IMG/VR virus record: IMGVR_UViG_3300028008_002028
Length of the DNA: 20,000 nucleotides
Reading direction: 5' to 3' (one strand)
Origin: an uncultured virus (IMG/VR IMGVR_UViG_3300028008_002028)
Lineage: Duplodnaviria > Heunggongvirae > Uroviricota > Caudoviricetes
The notes under the pieces are model-generated. The model was not told where the DNA came from. It worked only from the letters and a program-made list of their open reading frames with translations, and did no database searches. Position numbers and translations under genes: made by a program. Below are positions 1-7,877 of the stretch, piece after piece. The number at the start of each line of letters is the position of its first letter. The first letter of the stretch is position 1.

Positions 1-1
1 T

Positions 2-730
2 CCTGCCGTAACAACCAAAACACTTGCATGGAAAAGTGTTGTAAGTGAACTACTATGGTTGTTAGAAGGTAGCACAGACGAACGTAGGCTTGCTGAAATA
101 CGCTATGGCTTACCACGTGAAGAACTAATAGGTAAGACTACTATTTGGACTGCTAATGCTGACAATCAAGGCAAAGCAATGGGATATGAGAATACAGACA
201 CTGTTAAAGAACTAGGACCAGTATACGGCAAGCAATGGCGTGACTGTGATGGTATAGATCAAATAGCAGAAATTATTGCACAGATTAAAGCTGACCCAGA
301 CAGCAGACGCATTATATTAGATTCATGGAACGTAAACGAAATTTGCCAAATGGCACTTCCACCATGTCACACACTTGCACAGTTTTACGTAGCAGAGGGC
401 AAACTAAGTTGCCAACTGTATCAACGTAGTGCAGATATGTTCTTAGGCGTTCCATTTAATATTGCAAGTTATAGTTTGCTTACACATATACTTGCAAGTA
501 TCACAGGACTAAAAGTAGGCGAGTTTGTATGGACAGGCGGTGACTGTCATATTTACAATAACCATTTACCGCAGGTATTACAACAAATGTCACGTAAGCC
601 TGCTAAATCTCCTGTATTAGTTATGCCAGAATTTGCCTCACTTGAAGAAGTGTTAAATAGTAGCATAGAGGATTATGCACTAGAAAACTATGTACCTCTA
701 CCTACAATTAAGGCAGAAATGGCAGTATAA
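2..730 (+). CDS. thyA: Thymidylate synthase (ThyA/Td type), 5' truncated by window edge
   Basis: Frame is open from base 2 (PAVTTKTLAWKSVVSELLWLLEG...). Motifs LGPVYGKQWR, MALPPCH (catalytic Cys), YQRSADMFLGVPFNIASY, GDCHIYNNH and C-terminal MAV. The IWTANADNQGKAMGY segment resembles T4 Td. Confidence 0.97.
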   Translation, partial: PAVTTKTLAWKSVVSELLWLLEGSTDERRLAEIRYGLPREELIGKTTIWTANADNQGKAMGYENTDTVKELGPVYGKQWRDCDGIDQIAEIIAQIKADPDSRRIILDSWNVNEICQMALPPCHTLAQFYVAEGKLSCQLYQRSADMFLGVPFNIASYSLLTHILASITGLKVGEFVWTGGDCHIYNNHLPQVLQQMSRKPAKSPVLVMPEFASLEEVLNSSIEDYALENYVPLPTIKAEMAV

Positions 731-731
731 T

Positions 732-1253
732 ATGGATAAAGAGATCAGAGACAAATACTTTGGCAATAACTGGAAGCCTGACTATAGTCAATACAAATAT
801 AGTGGCTGGGCGTTATTAGATAAAGTTAAAGACACAGATAGTATTATTGATATTGGTTGTGGATTTAATTTGTTCAAGCCTCATTGGGGTGACAGAGTAT
901 ATGGAATTGATCCTGCAAATGATAATGCTGATGAGAAAATTGGCATTATAGAATTTGAAACTGACAACAAATATGATGTTGCTATTATCTTAGGTAGCTT
1001 AAACTTTGGCACAGCAGAAGATGTAGAGCCACAAGTAGAAAAAGCAGTTAGTTTAATGAAACCAGGCGGTCGTATGTACTGGAGGCAGAATCCAGGACTT
1101 GGTGACCATCCTTGGAAGGGAATGGAAGAGATTGTTTTCTTTCCTTGGAGTATACAACTTAACTATGAATGGGCAGACAAATATGGATGCAGAGTAGTTG
1201 AATGTAAATGGGATTTAAGTGATCGCATATATGCTGAATGGCAAAAAATGTGA
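732..1253 (+). CDS. Class I SAM-dependent methyltransferase-like protein
   Basis: Motif I IIDIGCG, motif II YGIDP, YDVAIILGSL, MKPGG. ATG at 732 follows the thyA stop directly, so preferred over the ORF-track start at 690. Confidence 0.8.
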   Translation: MDKEIRDKYFGNNWKPDYSQYKYSGWALLDKVKDTDSIIDIGCGFNLFKPHWGDRVYGIDPANDNADEKIGIIEFETDNKYDVAIILGSLNFGTAEDVEPQVEKAVSLMKPGGRMYWRQNPGLGDHPWKGMEEIVFFPWSIQLNYEWADKYGCRVVECKWDLSDRIYAEWQKM

Positions 1254-1254
1254 T

Positions 1255-2310
1255 ATGGATTGGCTAGATAATTTTAACAACATAAAGGTAGAAATTACCT
1301 CTCATTGTAATGCAAAGTGTCCAGGTTGCACTCGCAACATAACTGGCGGTAAAAATATAAGCAACTTAGATTTAAATCATATGCCACTTGAACTGTGGCA
1401 ACGCATTATGCATGAAGATACAAAAGGCATGTTGTTAAATGAAATACTATTTGATGGCAATGTAGGTGACTTATGTATGCACCCAGATGCAATAGATTTT
1501 ATAAAAACTACAGTAGATGCACATCCAGAATGTTCTGTACACATTAATACAAACGGTGGCGCACGGAATGAAAAGTTTTGGGCAGGCCTTGGTAGTGCGT
1601 TGTCTAGCAATGCACACAGAGTAAACTTTGCAATAGATGGACTAGAAGATACACATCATATACATAGACGATCAACAACATACGATATTATACAACGCAA
1701 CGCAAAAGCATTTATAGATGCAGGTGGACAAGCAAACTGGATATTTACACTGTTTGATCATAACTTACATCAATATACTGAAGCAGAAAAACGTGCAATT
1801 GATCTAGGTTATGCTTGGTTTCAAGTAAGACATAGTTGTATTCCAGGAGAAGACCTATTTGTAAAAACAAGCACAGAAGAATATGAAATAGGCACAGAAA
1901 ATATATACGAGCATGATGAAAAATTAATATCCTTAAAAAATGTTATCGCTTGTAAAGATGCTGACTGGAGAAGCGACACTGATAGTCAGTGTAGTGCATT
2001 TGCAGAAAGACAAATACAAATTGACTTCCGTGGCATACTTTGGCCTTGTAGCTATATCTATTCTACAGAAACATACAATGATAAACCATTGTCAATGAGT
2101 CCATTTCATAAGCACATAGAGTCAGATAGACACAACGGTCCTATAGTTCCACACCCTGGAAACACTATAAGTTTATACAGTCATTCATTATCTGACATCT
2201 TAAATAATTCTTTTTATACCGATACACTTGTAAATGCTATCAAAACACAAGAATGGAAGATATGTAATCTTTGGTGTTTGGGAAATACTATACATCAAGA
2301 GAAAAGTTAA
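1255..2310 (+). CDS. Radical SAM protein with C-terminal SPASM/twitch-like Fe-S domain
   Basis: CNAKCPGC (CxxxCxxC), GNVGD, INTNGG, FAIDG. C-terminal QC...IDFRGILWPC...ICNLWC. ATG at 1255 lies just after the upstream TGA. Confidence 0.9.
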   Translation: MDWLDNFNNIKVEITSHCNAKCPGCTRNITGGKNISNLDLNHMPLELWQRIMHEDTKGMLLNEILFDGNVGDLCMHPDAIDFIKTTVDAHPECSVHINTNGGARNEKFWAGLGSALSSNAHRVNFAIDGLEDTHHIHRRSTTYDIIQRNAKAFIDAGGQANWIFTLFDHNLHQYTEAEKRAIDLGYAWFQVRHSCIPGEDLFVKTSTEEYEIGTENIYEHDEKLISLKNVIACKDADWRSDTDSQCSAFAERQIQIDFRGILWPCSYIYSTETYNDKPLSMSPFHKHIESDRHNGPIVPHPGNTISLYSHSLSDILNNSFYTDTLVNAIKTQEWKICNLWCLGNTIHQEKS

Positions 2311-2338
2311 AATACGTTTTAAGTATTCGGTTAACGTC

Positions 2339-2345
2339 ATAAATA
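2339..2345 (+). promoter_or_regulatory. T4-late-promoter-like box (cATAAATA) in the loop of an inverted repeat upstream of htrA
   Basis: CATAAATA versus the T4 late consensus TATAAATA, 33 nt upstream of the ATG; AAGGA SD at 2360-2364. Confidence 0.45.
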
Positions 2346-2378
2346 TATATAACGTTAATAAGGAAGAATACTAATATA

Positions 2379-3641
2379 ATGAATTTTAAAAAAGTGGTAC
2401 TACTTCTGTTAGCGGCAGTTGTAATGAATGTTGTAATTAATGCACATTATAGAAGCATACAAGAAACAATACACGATGGAATAGCTTGGGTTTGGAATAA
2501 AAACAAAACTATAGGCGAAGCCATATATGATGTAAATGCGTGGGTTCTTAACGGTGACTCATTTGATGATGAACGTAGAATTAAAGATTACATCTACAGT
2601 TCATATCCTAGCGTAGTAATGCTATCAGTTTTTCCTAACGAAGCAAATACAAACAACCAAGCAATCGGCCGATTATCAGGTAGAGGTACAGGATTCTTTG
2701 TTAAAGTAACAGACGAGTATGGACTTGTAATGACTAATCATCACGTGGTTGACAGTTACATTGAAAACCCAGACAAGATGAAAATTTCTATCAATACAGC
2801 AATTGACATGTGGTCATATGATGTAGAAGAAGTTGTTGGTTACGATATTGTGGCAGACATTGCTATTGTTAAAATACTTAAAAAAGATAACGAAGATTGG
2901 GATGCATTAGAATTTGCAGATTACAAAGATATAAGCGAAGGTGATCCTGTTGTAGTTATTGGACATGGAATGAGTATGCCATGGAATAGCACACAAGGTA
3001 TTGTTACATATGATGGCAGATTTGGACAACGTCCTTATTCATTGATGATGCAAGTTGACGCAGTTATTAACCAAGGCAACAGTGGTGGACCCATTATAGG
3101 CGAAGACCGTAAAGTGTTTGGCGTTGCACAAAGTATACTATCACCAGCAAGACAAATTCCAGGTTGGGATGGAGTAGGACTAGCAGTTGGAGCCAGACAA
3201 GCGGTTCGTAGCATGGACTATATTTTATCAGATGCGTATGCAGAAAAAGGCTATGTTCCATATGTAGAATTATTGTTTAATTCTAAAAACTTTGAACTTG
3301 ATGATGTTAAAGACATTAAGCGTGAAGATAGAAATATGGCATATATTCATTTTCCGGAAGAATCAGTTCAAGCACCAAACATGGAAGCAGTTCCACGTGT
3401 AAAGACTGTAGGCGAACTAGCTGGACTGCAACAAGGCGATATAATTTTAGAACTAAACGGTAAAAAACTTCGTTCATCATTTACAATATTCTCAGATGCC
3501 ATGTATGCATTACCCGGCGATATAGCAATAGTTAGAGTAAAACGTGGTGAAGAAGAACTAGAATTTACTCTCACTTACAGAGAAACTGATTGGGAAGAAT
3601 TACAACAATCAGTAGAATCATCACAAAATAGAGGAAGATAA
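2379..3641 (+). CDS. HtrA/DegP-family trypsin-like serine protease with PDZ domain and N-terminal membrane anchor/signal
   Basis: Catalytic triad motifs TNHHV, ADIA and INQGNSGGP; GTGF motif; PDZ-type GLQQGDIILELNG; hydrophobic N-terminus. Confidence 0.92.
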   Translation: MNFKKVVLLLLAAVVMNVVINAHYRSIQETIHDGIAWVWNKNKTIGEAIYDVNAWVLNGDSFDDERRIKDYIYSSYPSVVMLSVFPNEANTNNQAIGRLSGRGTGFFVKVTDEYGLVMTNHHVVDSYIENPDKMKISINTAIDMWSYDVEEVVGYDIVADIAIVKILKKDNEDWDALEFADYKDISEGDPVVVIGHGMSMPWNSTQGIVTYDGRFGQRPYSLMMQVDAVINQGNSGGPIIGEDRKVFGVAQSILSPARQIPGWDGVGLAVGARQAVRSMDYILSDAYAEKGYVPYVELLFNSKNFELDDVKDIKREDRNMAYIHFPEESVQAPNMEAVPRVKTVGELAGLQQGDIILELNGKKLRSSFTIFSDAMYALPGDIAIVRVKRGEEELEFTLTYRETDWEELQQSVESSQNRGR

Positions 3642-3644
3642 CGG

Positions 3645-3673
3645 TTGACACATTAGCCAAGATGTCTTATAAT
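3645..3673 (+). promoter_or_regulatory. sigma70-type promoter with AAGATGTCTT box
   Basis: TTGACA-17 nt-TATAAT (perfect consensus); GAGG SD upstream of ATG 3710. Confidence 0.9.
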
Positions 3674-3709
3674 AATATTATTATTAAATAAAACATCGAG
3701 GTAAATGAC

Positions 3710-5227
3710 ATGATCAGACGGTATTCGGCTATAGTATTACTCTTTTTTGCAACAGCATGTGTGACAGCAGAAGGTAATATTACATCAAAATGTGCAGACG
3801 GTACTGCACCAATTAAGGAAATTTCAGCAGACGGCAGCTATTATACAGGTGCTATTACTTGTGCAAACGGTCCAGTGCTAAGACCAGTAGCCGCTATTAA
3901 CGTTCCAAAATATAATACAAAACTTATACAACCAGTTATCAGTGATCAGTACTTTGCTCATTATAAAACTTCAGAGTTGCAAAATGTAAAAATACCAAAA
4001 GACTTTGATTTTGTAGATGAAAGACGATTACGCTTTCTTATGGAACAAGGCGAATATCGCATTTATGCAAAGCAATGGGCAAATAATGGACCTAAAAACA
4101 AAGATAGATATAAAGTTAGTGGCTGTAAAGATGTATTACAACACTTTGCAATATCAAATAATCGGGATCAAGAAGTGCAGTTATACACCAGAGATGGTAA
4201 AAAATTAATGGTAATACCTGATGCTGGTCACAAATTAATGAATGGTTGTGTTCACAGTGTGCCAATGTTAATGCATCAAAATTACAAATATGCAATTGAT
4301 GAGATGACAGATATTATTTTGCATCATGCAACCTATAGAAATGTACGTGAAGGATTTTTGCCTCCAAAAAGTGGTATTAATCATATGCAGTATCAAAAAT
4401 ACATATTGATGTCGCATACTGCTGAGTTCTACGCTTATTTCAAGGATTTGATGCCTTTAACACCGGAAGAACATGAAATTATAACAGACTACTTTGACAC
4501 TATTTTTGCTGGAAATATGTTTCATACACAAGAACGCAGACAGCAATGTGATATTAATAATCCATCAAGAAATGCTTCTCAGAAAAATACTTTTAATGCG
4601 CCGTATGGTATTGGCATAAATGGTTGTGGAACATATGCATTCCAAATGACCAATGCAAGCCTATTGTATTCTATATCAACAAACAATTCAGTACTGTTTG
4701 AACAAGCAAAGAAGAATGCTACACATATGCTAAGTAGTTTTGATGACGAAGGTATTCAGACTGCTCAAGCAAGTAGAGGTGCAATGGCTTGGGGGTATCA
4801 TACAGATGTAACTATGAATTTAAGTTATATGGCTGAGATATTTAATTCCATTGGATATGACTTCTATGAACATAAAATGCCACGTAGTGGAATTAAAGTA
4901 AAAGATGTAATGTTCAAACATTGGGAAGCAATTAACGATCATACTGTTTTATCCAAGTATGCAAAGTATAACAAAGGTGTATTTGAAAAGTGGACACCTG
5001 CATGGGATAAAGTTTCTACTCGTAGAGCAACATTGGCTGAGAAACCATGGCAACATATTGCACTAAGTAGCCCACGTTTTATTAACACATATGTAGATAC
5101 ACTACCAATTAATGGCAGGAACGTAGATTTAAAGCAGGTAGTTGCAAGTAAAAGTGGTGGAAAAAATAATTGGTACAGCCAATGGGTTCCAAACGAGTAC
5201 TTATACTATATGAATAAAAACAGGTGA
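3710..5227 (+). CDS. Exported/lipoprotein with putative alginate-lyase-like (alpha/alpha toroid) C-terminal domain
   Basis: Signal peptide ending FATAC (possible lipobox). DDEGIQTAQASRGAMAWGYH...LSYMAEIFNSIGYDFY resembles the AlgL/PL5-type DG.LP.E..RG..AL.YH...L...AE.....G.DLY pattern. Recalled similarity only. Confidence 0.5.
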   Translation: MIRRYSAIVLLFFATACVTAEGNITSKCADGTAPIKEISADGSYYTGAITCANGPVLRPVAAINVPKYNTKLIQPVISDQYFAHYKTSELQNVKIPKDFDFVDERRLRFLMEQGEYRIYAKQWANNGPKNKDRYKVSGCKDVLQHFAISNNRDQEVQLYTRDGKKLMVIPDAGHKLMNGCVHSVPMLMHQNYKYAIDEMTDIILHHATYRNVREGFLPPKSGINHMQYQKYILMSHTAEFYAYFKDLMPLTPEEHEIITDYFDTIFAGNMFHTQERRQQCDINNPSRNASQKNTFNAPYGIGINGCGTYAFQMTNASLLYSISTNNSVLFEQAKKNATHMLSSFDDEGIQTAQASRGAMAWGYHTDVTMNLSYMAEIFNSIGYDFYEHKMPRSGIKVKDVMFKHWEAINDHTVLSKYAKYNKGVFEKWTPAWDKVSTRRATLAEKPWQHIALSSPRFINTYVDTLPINGRNVDLKQVVASKSGGKNNWYSQWVPNEYLYYMNKNR

Positions 5228-5233
5228 TAATGG

Positions 5234-5262
5234 TTGACAAAATCATATAAGTATGATATAAT
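5234..5262 (+). promoter_or_regulatory. sigma70-type promoter
   Basis: TTGACA-17 nt-TATAAT with extended -10 TG; spacer contains the inverted repeat TCATA-TAAG-TATGA. Confidence 0.9.
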
Positions 5263-5290
5263 AGTGTATATTTAATAAAGATTTAGTAGA

Positions 5291-5360
5291 GTTGGTTTAA
5301 AGGAGTGGGCTCAGATGTGACCGCTGAAGCTCGAATCAACCGTCACAAAATCGGTCGCGT
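5291..5360 (+). ncRNA. Candidate structured cis-regulatory leader RNA (stem-loop plus pseudoknot)
   Basis: GUUGGUUU/GAAUCAAC, GAGU/GCUC and UCAG/CUGA pairings; loop AUGUGACCG is complementary to CGGUCGCGU at 5352-5360. GC-rich island in an AT-rich intergenic region. Not matched to any family I recognise. Confidence 0.55.
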
Positions 5361-5377
5361 TAATATAGGAGAAATCT

Positions 5378-5599
5378 ATGTTAGACAAAATCTTAGGTGC
5401 TGTTCGCGGCGCTACAGAGGCTGGTGTATCGTTGATTGGTCTTGCTATCGTTTTACAAATCGTATTCGGTGGTTCAGTTCCTTTCTTAGGCGGTGACGTA
5501 ATCGGCACTATCATCGGTATCGTATCACAACTTGGTGCGGCTGGTTTAGTAGGTCTTATTTCTGCAGCGGTATTGTGGAAACTATTTACACGTGACTAA
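5378..5599 (+). CDS. Small Gly-rich hydrophobic membrane protein (73 aa)
   Basis: AGGAGA SD, own promoter and terminator, 2-3 hydrophobic helices with GxxxG-like spacing, biased codons (ATC, GGT, GCT). Confidence 0.88.
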   Translation: MLDKILGAVRGATEAGVSLIGLAIVLQIVFGGSVPFLGGDVIGTIIGIVSQLGAAGLVGLISAAVLWKLFTRD

Positions 5600-5622
5600 T
5601 ATATTAATTACACATTAATATC

Positions 5623-5652
5623 AAAAACCCAGTAGAAATACTGGGTTTTTTT
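5623..5652 (+). terminator. Rho-independent terminator (possibly bidirectional)
   Basis: AAAAACCCAGTA-GAAA-TACTGGGTTTTTTT: perfect stem, GNRA loop, U tract. Confidence 0.93.
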
Positions 5653-5656
5653 ATGG

Positions 5657-5685
5657 TTGACAAATTGTATACAATAGTATACAGT
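5657..5685 (+). promoter_or_regulatory. sigma70-type promoter
   Basis: TTGACA-17 nt-TACAGT; spacer holds the perfect 12-bp palindrome ATTGTATACAAT (5664-5675). Confidence 0.7.
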
Positions 5686-5692
5686 GAGTTAT

Positions 5693-6055
5693 ATGATAAA
5701 AATAATAAGTGTTTTTATTCTGCTTTTCACAACAGTAATACAAGCAGAAGAAGTTAAAGACTATAAACTTGCAGGAGATACATCCTGGTATATGACCGTA
5801 GAAAAAGGTATTGAAAGCGACCTTAACTATGGATACATTGGAAACTCTACACCTGTATTAGATGGGTTTATGAATGTAAACTGGTCAGCTACATGGCAAT
5901 TATTTACACCAGCAGGCGAAACACAAGAGTTTAGTTCTCAAACCTTAGGTGTAAGCAAAATGTTTACTTCTAAGTGGAGTGGTTATATCAGCAATAATTT
6001 AGATAAAAACTTCAAAAGAACTGAAACATGGATAGGAGCAACATACACATGGTAG
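5693..6055 (+). CDS. Small exported protein, possibly outer-membrane beta-barrel-like
   Basis: Signal peptide MIKIISVFILLFTTVIQA; alternating aromatic beta-strand pattern; C-terminal WIGATYTW resembles an OMP beta-signal. ATG 5693 preferred because GTG 5684 overlaps the -10 box. Confidence 0.6.
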   Translation: MIKIISVFILLFTTVIQAEEVKDYKLAGDTSWYMTVEKGIESDLNYGYIGNSTPVLDGFMNVNWSATWQLFTPAGETQEFSSQTLGVSKMFTSKWSGYISNNLDKNFKRTETWIGATYTW

Positions 6056-6531
6056 AAAAAATACTTTGGGTTTTGTTCTTTACTGCCTTATTAGGTTTCA
6101 GTAGAATAATACCACATCCGTCAAACTTTACACCAATACTTGCAGTAGCAGTTTTTATTCCATACATCATGCGAAACAACCTAACAGCAATTCCAATAAC
6201 ACTTGGTGCTATGCTTATAGGTGATCTGTATTGGGGCTTTCACAGTTATATGCTATGGACATATGGTGCAGTAGTATTAGCAACACAACTACGTTTTAAA
6301 AATGTATTTGTCAGTGGAATAGGAGCAAGCATAATATTCTTTATAGTCACTAACTTTAGTGTGTGGCTAAGTGGATACTACGGCTTAACATTAGCAGGTT
6401 TATGGGCTTGTTATGTAGCGGCTATACCATTTTTTACCAATACTTTACTAGGAACATTGTTTTATACTGGTGTGTTTTGGGCAATATACCAGGTAGCTAA
6501 AAGTGGTTTTTTATTGCAAAAAGTCAAATAA
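6049..6531 (+). CDS. DUF6580-like putative transporter (S-component-like membrane protein)
   Basis: Signature SRIIPHPSNFTPI...AMLIGDLYWGFH...FFIVTNFSVW...CYVAAIPFFTNTLLG; 5-6 TM helices; start overlaps the upstream stop. Confidence 0.78.
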   Translation: MVEKILWVLFFTALLGFSRIIPHPSNFTPILAVAVFIPYIMRNNLTAIPITLGAMLIGDLYWGFHSYMLWTYGAVVLATQLRFKNVFVSGIGASIIFFIVTNFSVWLSGYYGLTLAGLWACYVAAIPFFTNTLLGTLFYTGVFWAIYQVAKSGFLLQKVK

Positions 6532-6535
6532 AAGG

Positions 6536-6564
6536 TTGACAACCAAGACATCTTACTGTATACT
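6536..6564 (+). promoter_or_regulatory. sigma70-type early promoter with AAGACATCTT box
   Basis: A-tract, GG, TTGACA-17 nt-TATACT. Confidence 0.88.
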
Positions 6565-6597
6565 ATAAGTATAGTTAATAAAAAAGGGAAGGATATA

Positions 6598-6825
6598 ATG
6601 AACAAACAACAGTTAAAAAATTTACTTGAAGTTAAGTTTGCAAGTCCAATTACTGAATGTAGCTATGCAAAAGGTATTCCAATGCATATGCTAGAAGATG
6701 TAAAAAAACATTTTCCTGGTAAATGGCTATACAAATACAGAGGTCCATCAACTGCAACATTTAAGCGATCTCCATATAATACTATTATGGAACATGCTAC
6801 ATCTTTTGCACTTTATTACAAATAA
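6598..6825 (+). CDS. Hypothetical small basic early protein
   Basis: AAGGA SD, directly downstream of the promoter. Confidence 0.75.
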   Translation: MNKQQLKNLLEVKFASPITECSYAKGIPMHMLEDVKKHFPGKWLYKYRGPSTATFKRSPYNTIMEHATSFALYYK

Positions 6826-6839
6826 GAATAGGAAATATT

Positions 6840-7019
6840 ATGAAAACATTTACATTTGAAAATCATTTAGGTGAGACGTTTACTGCAAAAGCAGAAAAAG
6901 GTTTAGACGTAATGGAAGATGCAAACAAGGCTATATTGTGGCCTACTTGGAAAGACGGAATGTGGCAACAAGTAAGCGAAACAAAGTTTGTTTGGGTTTT
7001 GGGTAGATTTTTTGATTAA
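6840..7019 (+). CDS. Hypothetical protein (59 aa, MKTFTFENHLGETF...VWVLGRFFD), not in ORF track
   Basis: Translated by hand; AGGA SD; fills the gap between the 6825 stop and the next promoter. Confidence 0.75.
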   Translation: MKTFTFENHLGETFTAKAEKGLDVMEDANKAILWPTWKDGMWQQVSETKFVWVLGRFFD

Positions 7020-7024
7020 AAAGG

Positions 7025-7053
7025 TTGACAGGTAAGACATCTTGCCGTATAAT
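7025..7053 (+). promoter_or_regulatory. sigma70-type early promoter with AAGACATCTT box
   Basis: A-tract, GG, TTGACA-17 nt-TATAAT. Confidence 0.9.
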
Positions 7054-7086
7054 ATTAGTATAGACATTAAAAAACAGGAGTTGAAT

Positions 7087-7431
7087 ATGATAAACTATGA
7101 TGCAAATGAAATTAACATGATTGTTACACGTGCAAAGCAAGCCGCTTATGAAGCCGCTAGTGATTACTTTATGGAAAAACTAGATGGTAAAGACAATTAT
7201 CCTTGTGGATTTGCATGGGTGAATATCTATGGTATTAAAGGTAATACTAAACTAGGTCGTGCTATGAAACAAGCTGGTGTTAAACAAGACTACACTAAAG
7301 CATTTCAAATTTACAACCCTTCAGGTGTTAGTGTGCAAAACGTTGATGTCAAAGAAGCAGGCGCCGAAGCGGCAGCTAAAGTTTTTGAGTCATTTGGTTT
7401 TAAAGCATATGCTGGTTCAAGGTTAGACTAA
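7087..7431 (+). CDS. Hypothetical phage protein (CGFAWV motif)
   Basis: AGGAG SD before ATG 7087; YPCGFAWV...KEAGAEAAA...SRLD pattern recalled from uncharacterised phage proteins. Confidence 0.8.
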   Translation: MINYDANEINMIVTRAKQAAYEAASDYFMEKLDGKDNYPCGFAWVNIYGIKGNTKLGRAMKQAGVKQDYTKAFQIYNPSGVSVQNVDVKEAGAEAAAKVFESFGFKAYAGSRLD

Positions 7432-7451
7432 TAAATTAATAGGAGAATACT

Positions 7452-7877
7452 ATGTCAAAATATAAAAAACGTATAGAAGTTGATCAGTTTGAAGTAATGA
7501 CTGGTCAAGAAGCAAAATTAGTAAAAGCAGCAGCAGGTTATATTCATAGAAATGGTATCCGTTACCCAGATAATATGCCAAACACAGTAATATTTCGCTC
7601 AGACAATGCACTTGATTTAATCAATGCGATGAAGAACAAATGTTGGGATCATACTGAGATTTCTTCTACAAGAGATTTAATAGGATATGATGTGTATGTT
7701 ATTGTTAACTCTACTGTAGTTAATGACTTAGGTACTGAATTTGCTATTAAAGCCAAAGCAACAAGTTCAGCAATTGATGTTGTTGATAATACTAAAATGT
7801 GGACTAGTTCAATGTTTGCAGATCCAGATGTAATGTTAGATAAGGCTATAGAAGCTGATACAATAGAGGGTTGCTAA
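7452..7877 (+). CDS. Hypothetical protein
   Basis: AGGAGA SD, 141-aa ORF in operon context. Confidence 0.8.
   Translation: MSKYKKRIEVDQFEVMTGQEAKLVKAAAGYIHRNGIRYPDNMPNTVIFRSDNALDLINAMKNKCWDHTEISSTRDLIGYDVYVIVNSTVVNDLGTEFAIKAKATSSAIDVVDNTKMWTSSMFADPDVMLDKAIEADTIEGC

Noticed and set aside
2..730. ThyA homolog as a dCMP/dUMP hydroxymethylase for DNA hypermodification, or an intron-split td
   Set aside because: The dUMP-specifying Asn (PFNIASY) and all canonical motifs are retained, and the visible frame is uninterrupted.
5305..5514. ORF-track 63-aa (+) and 67-aa (-) ORFs over the leader and membrane gene
   Set aside because: They overlap the better-supported 5378-5599 gene in other frames and have no protein-like features. 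The AGGAG at 5301-5305 overlaps the GTG, so it cannot serve as its SD.
5291..5692. Cobalamin or other known riboswitch, or a tRNA, upstream of the transporter
   Set aside because: No B12 box, no cloverleaf or T-loop; the structured leader is separated from the transporter by a gene and a terminator.
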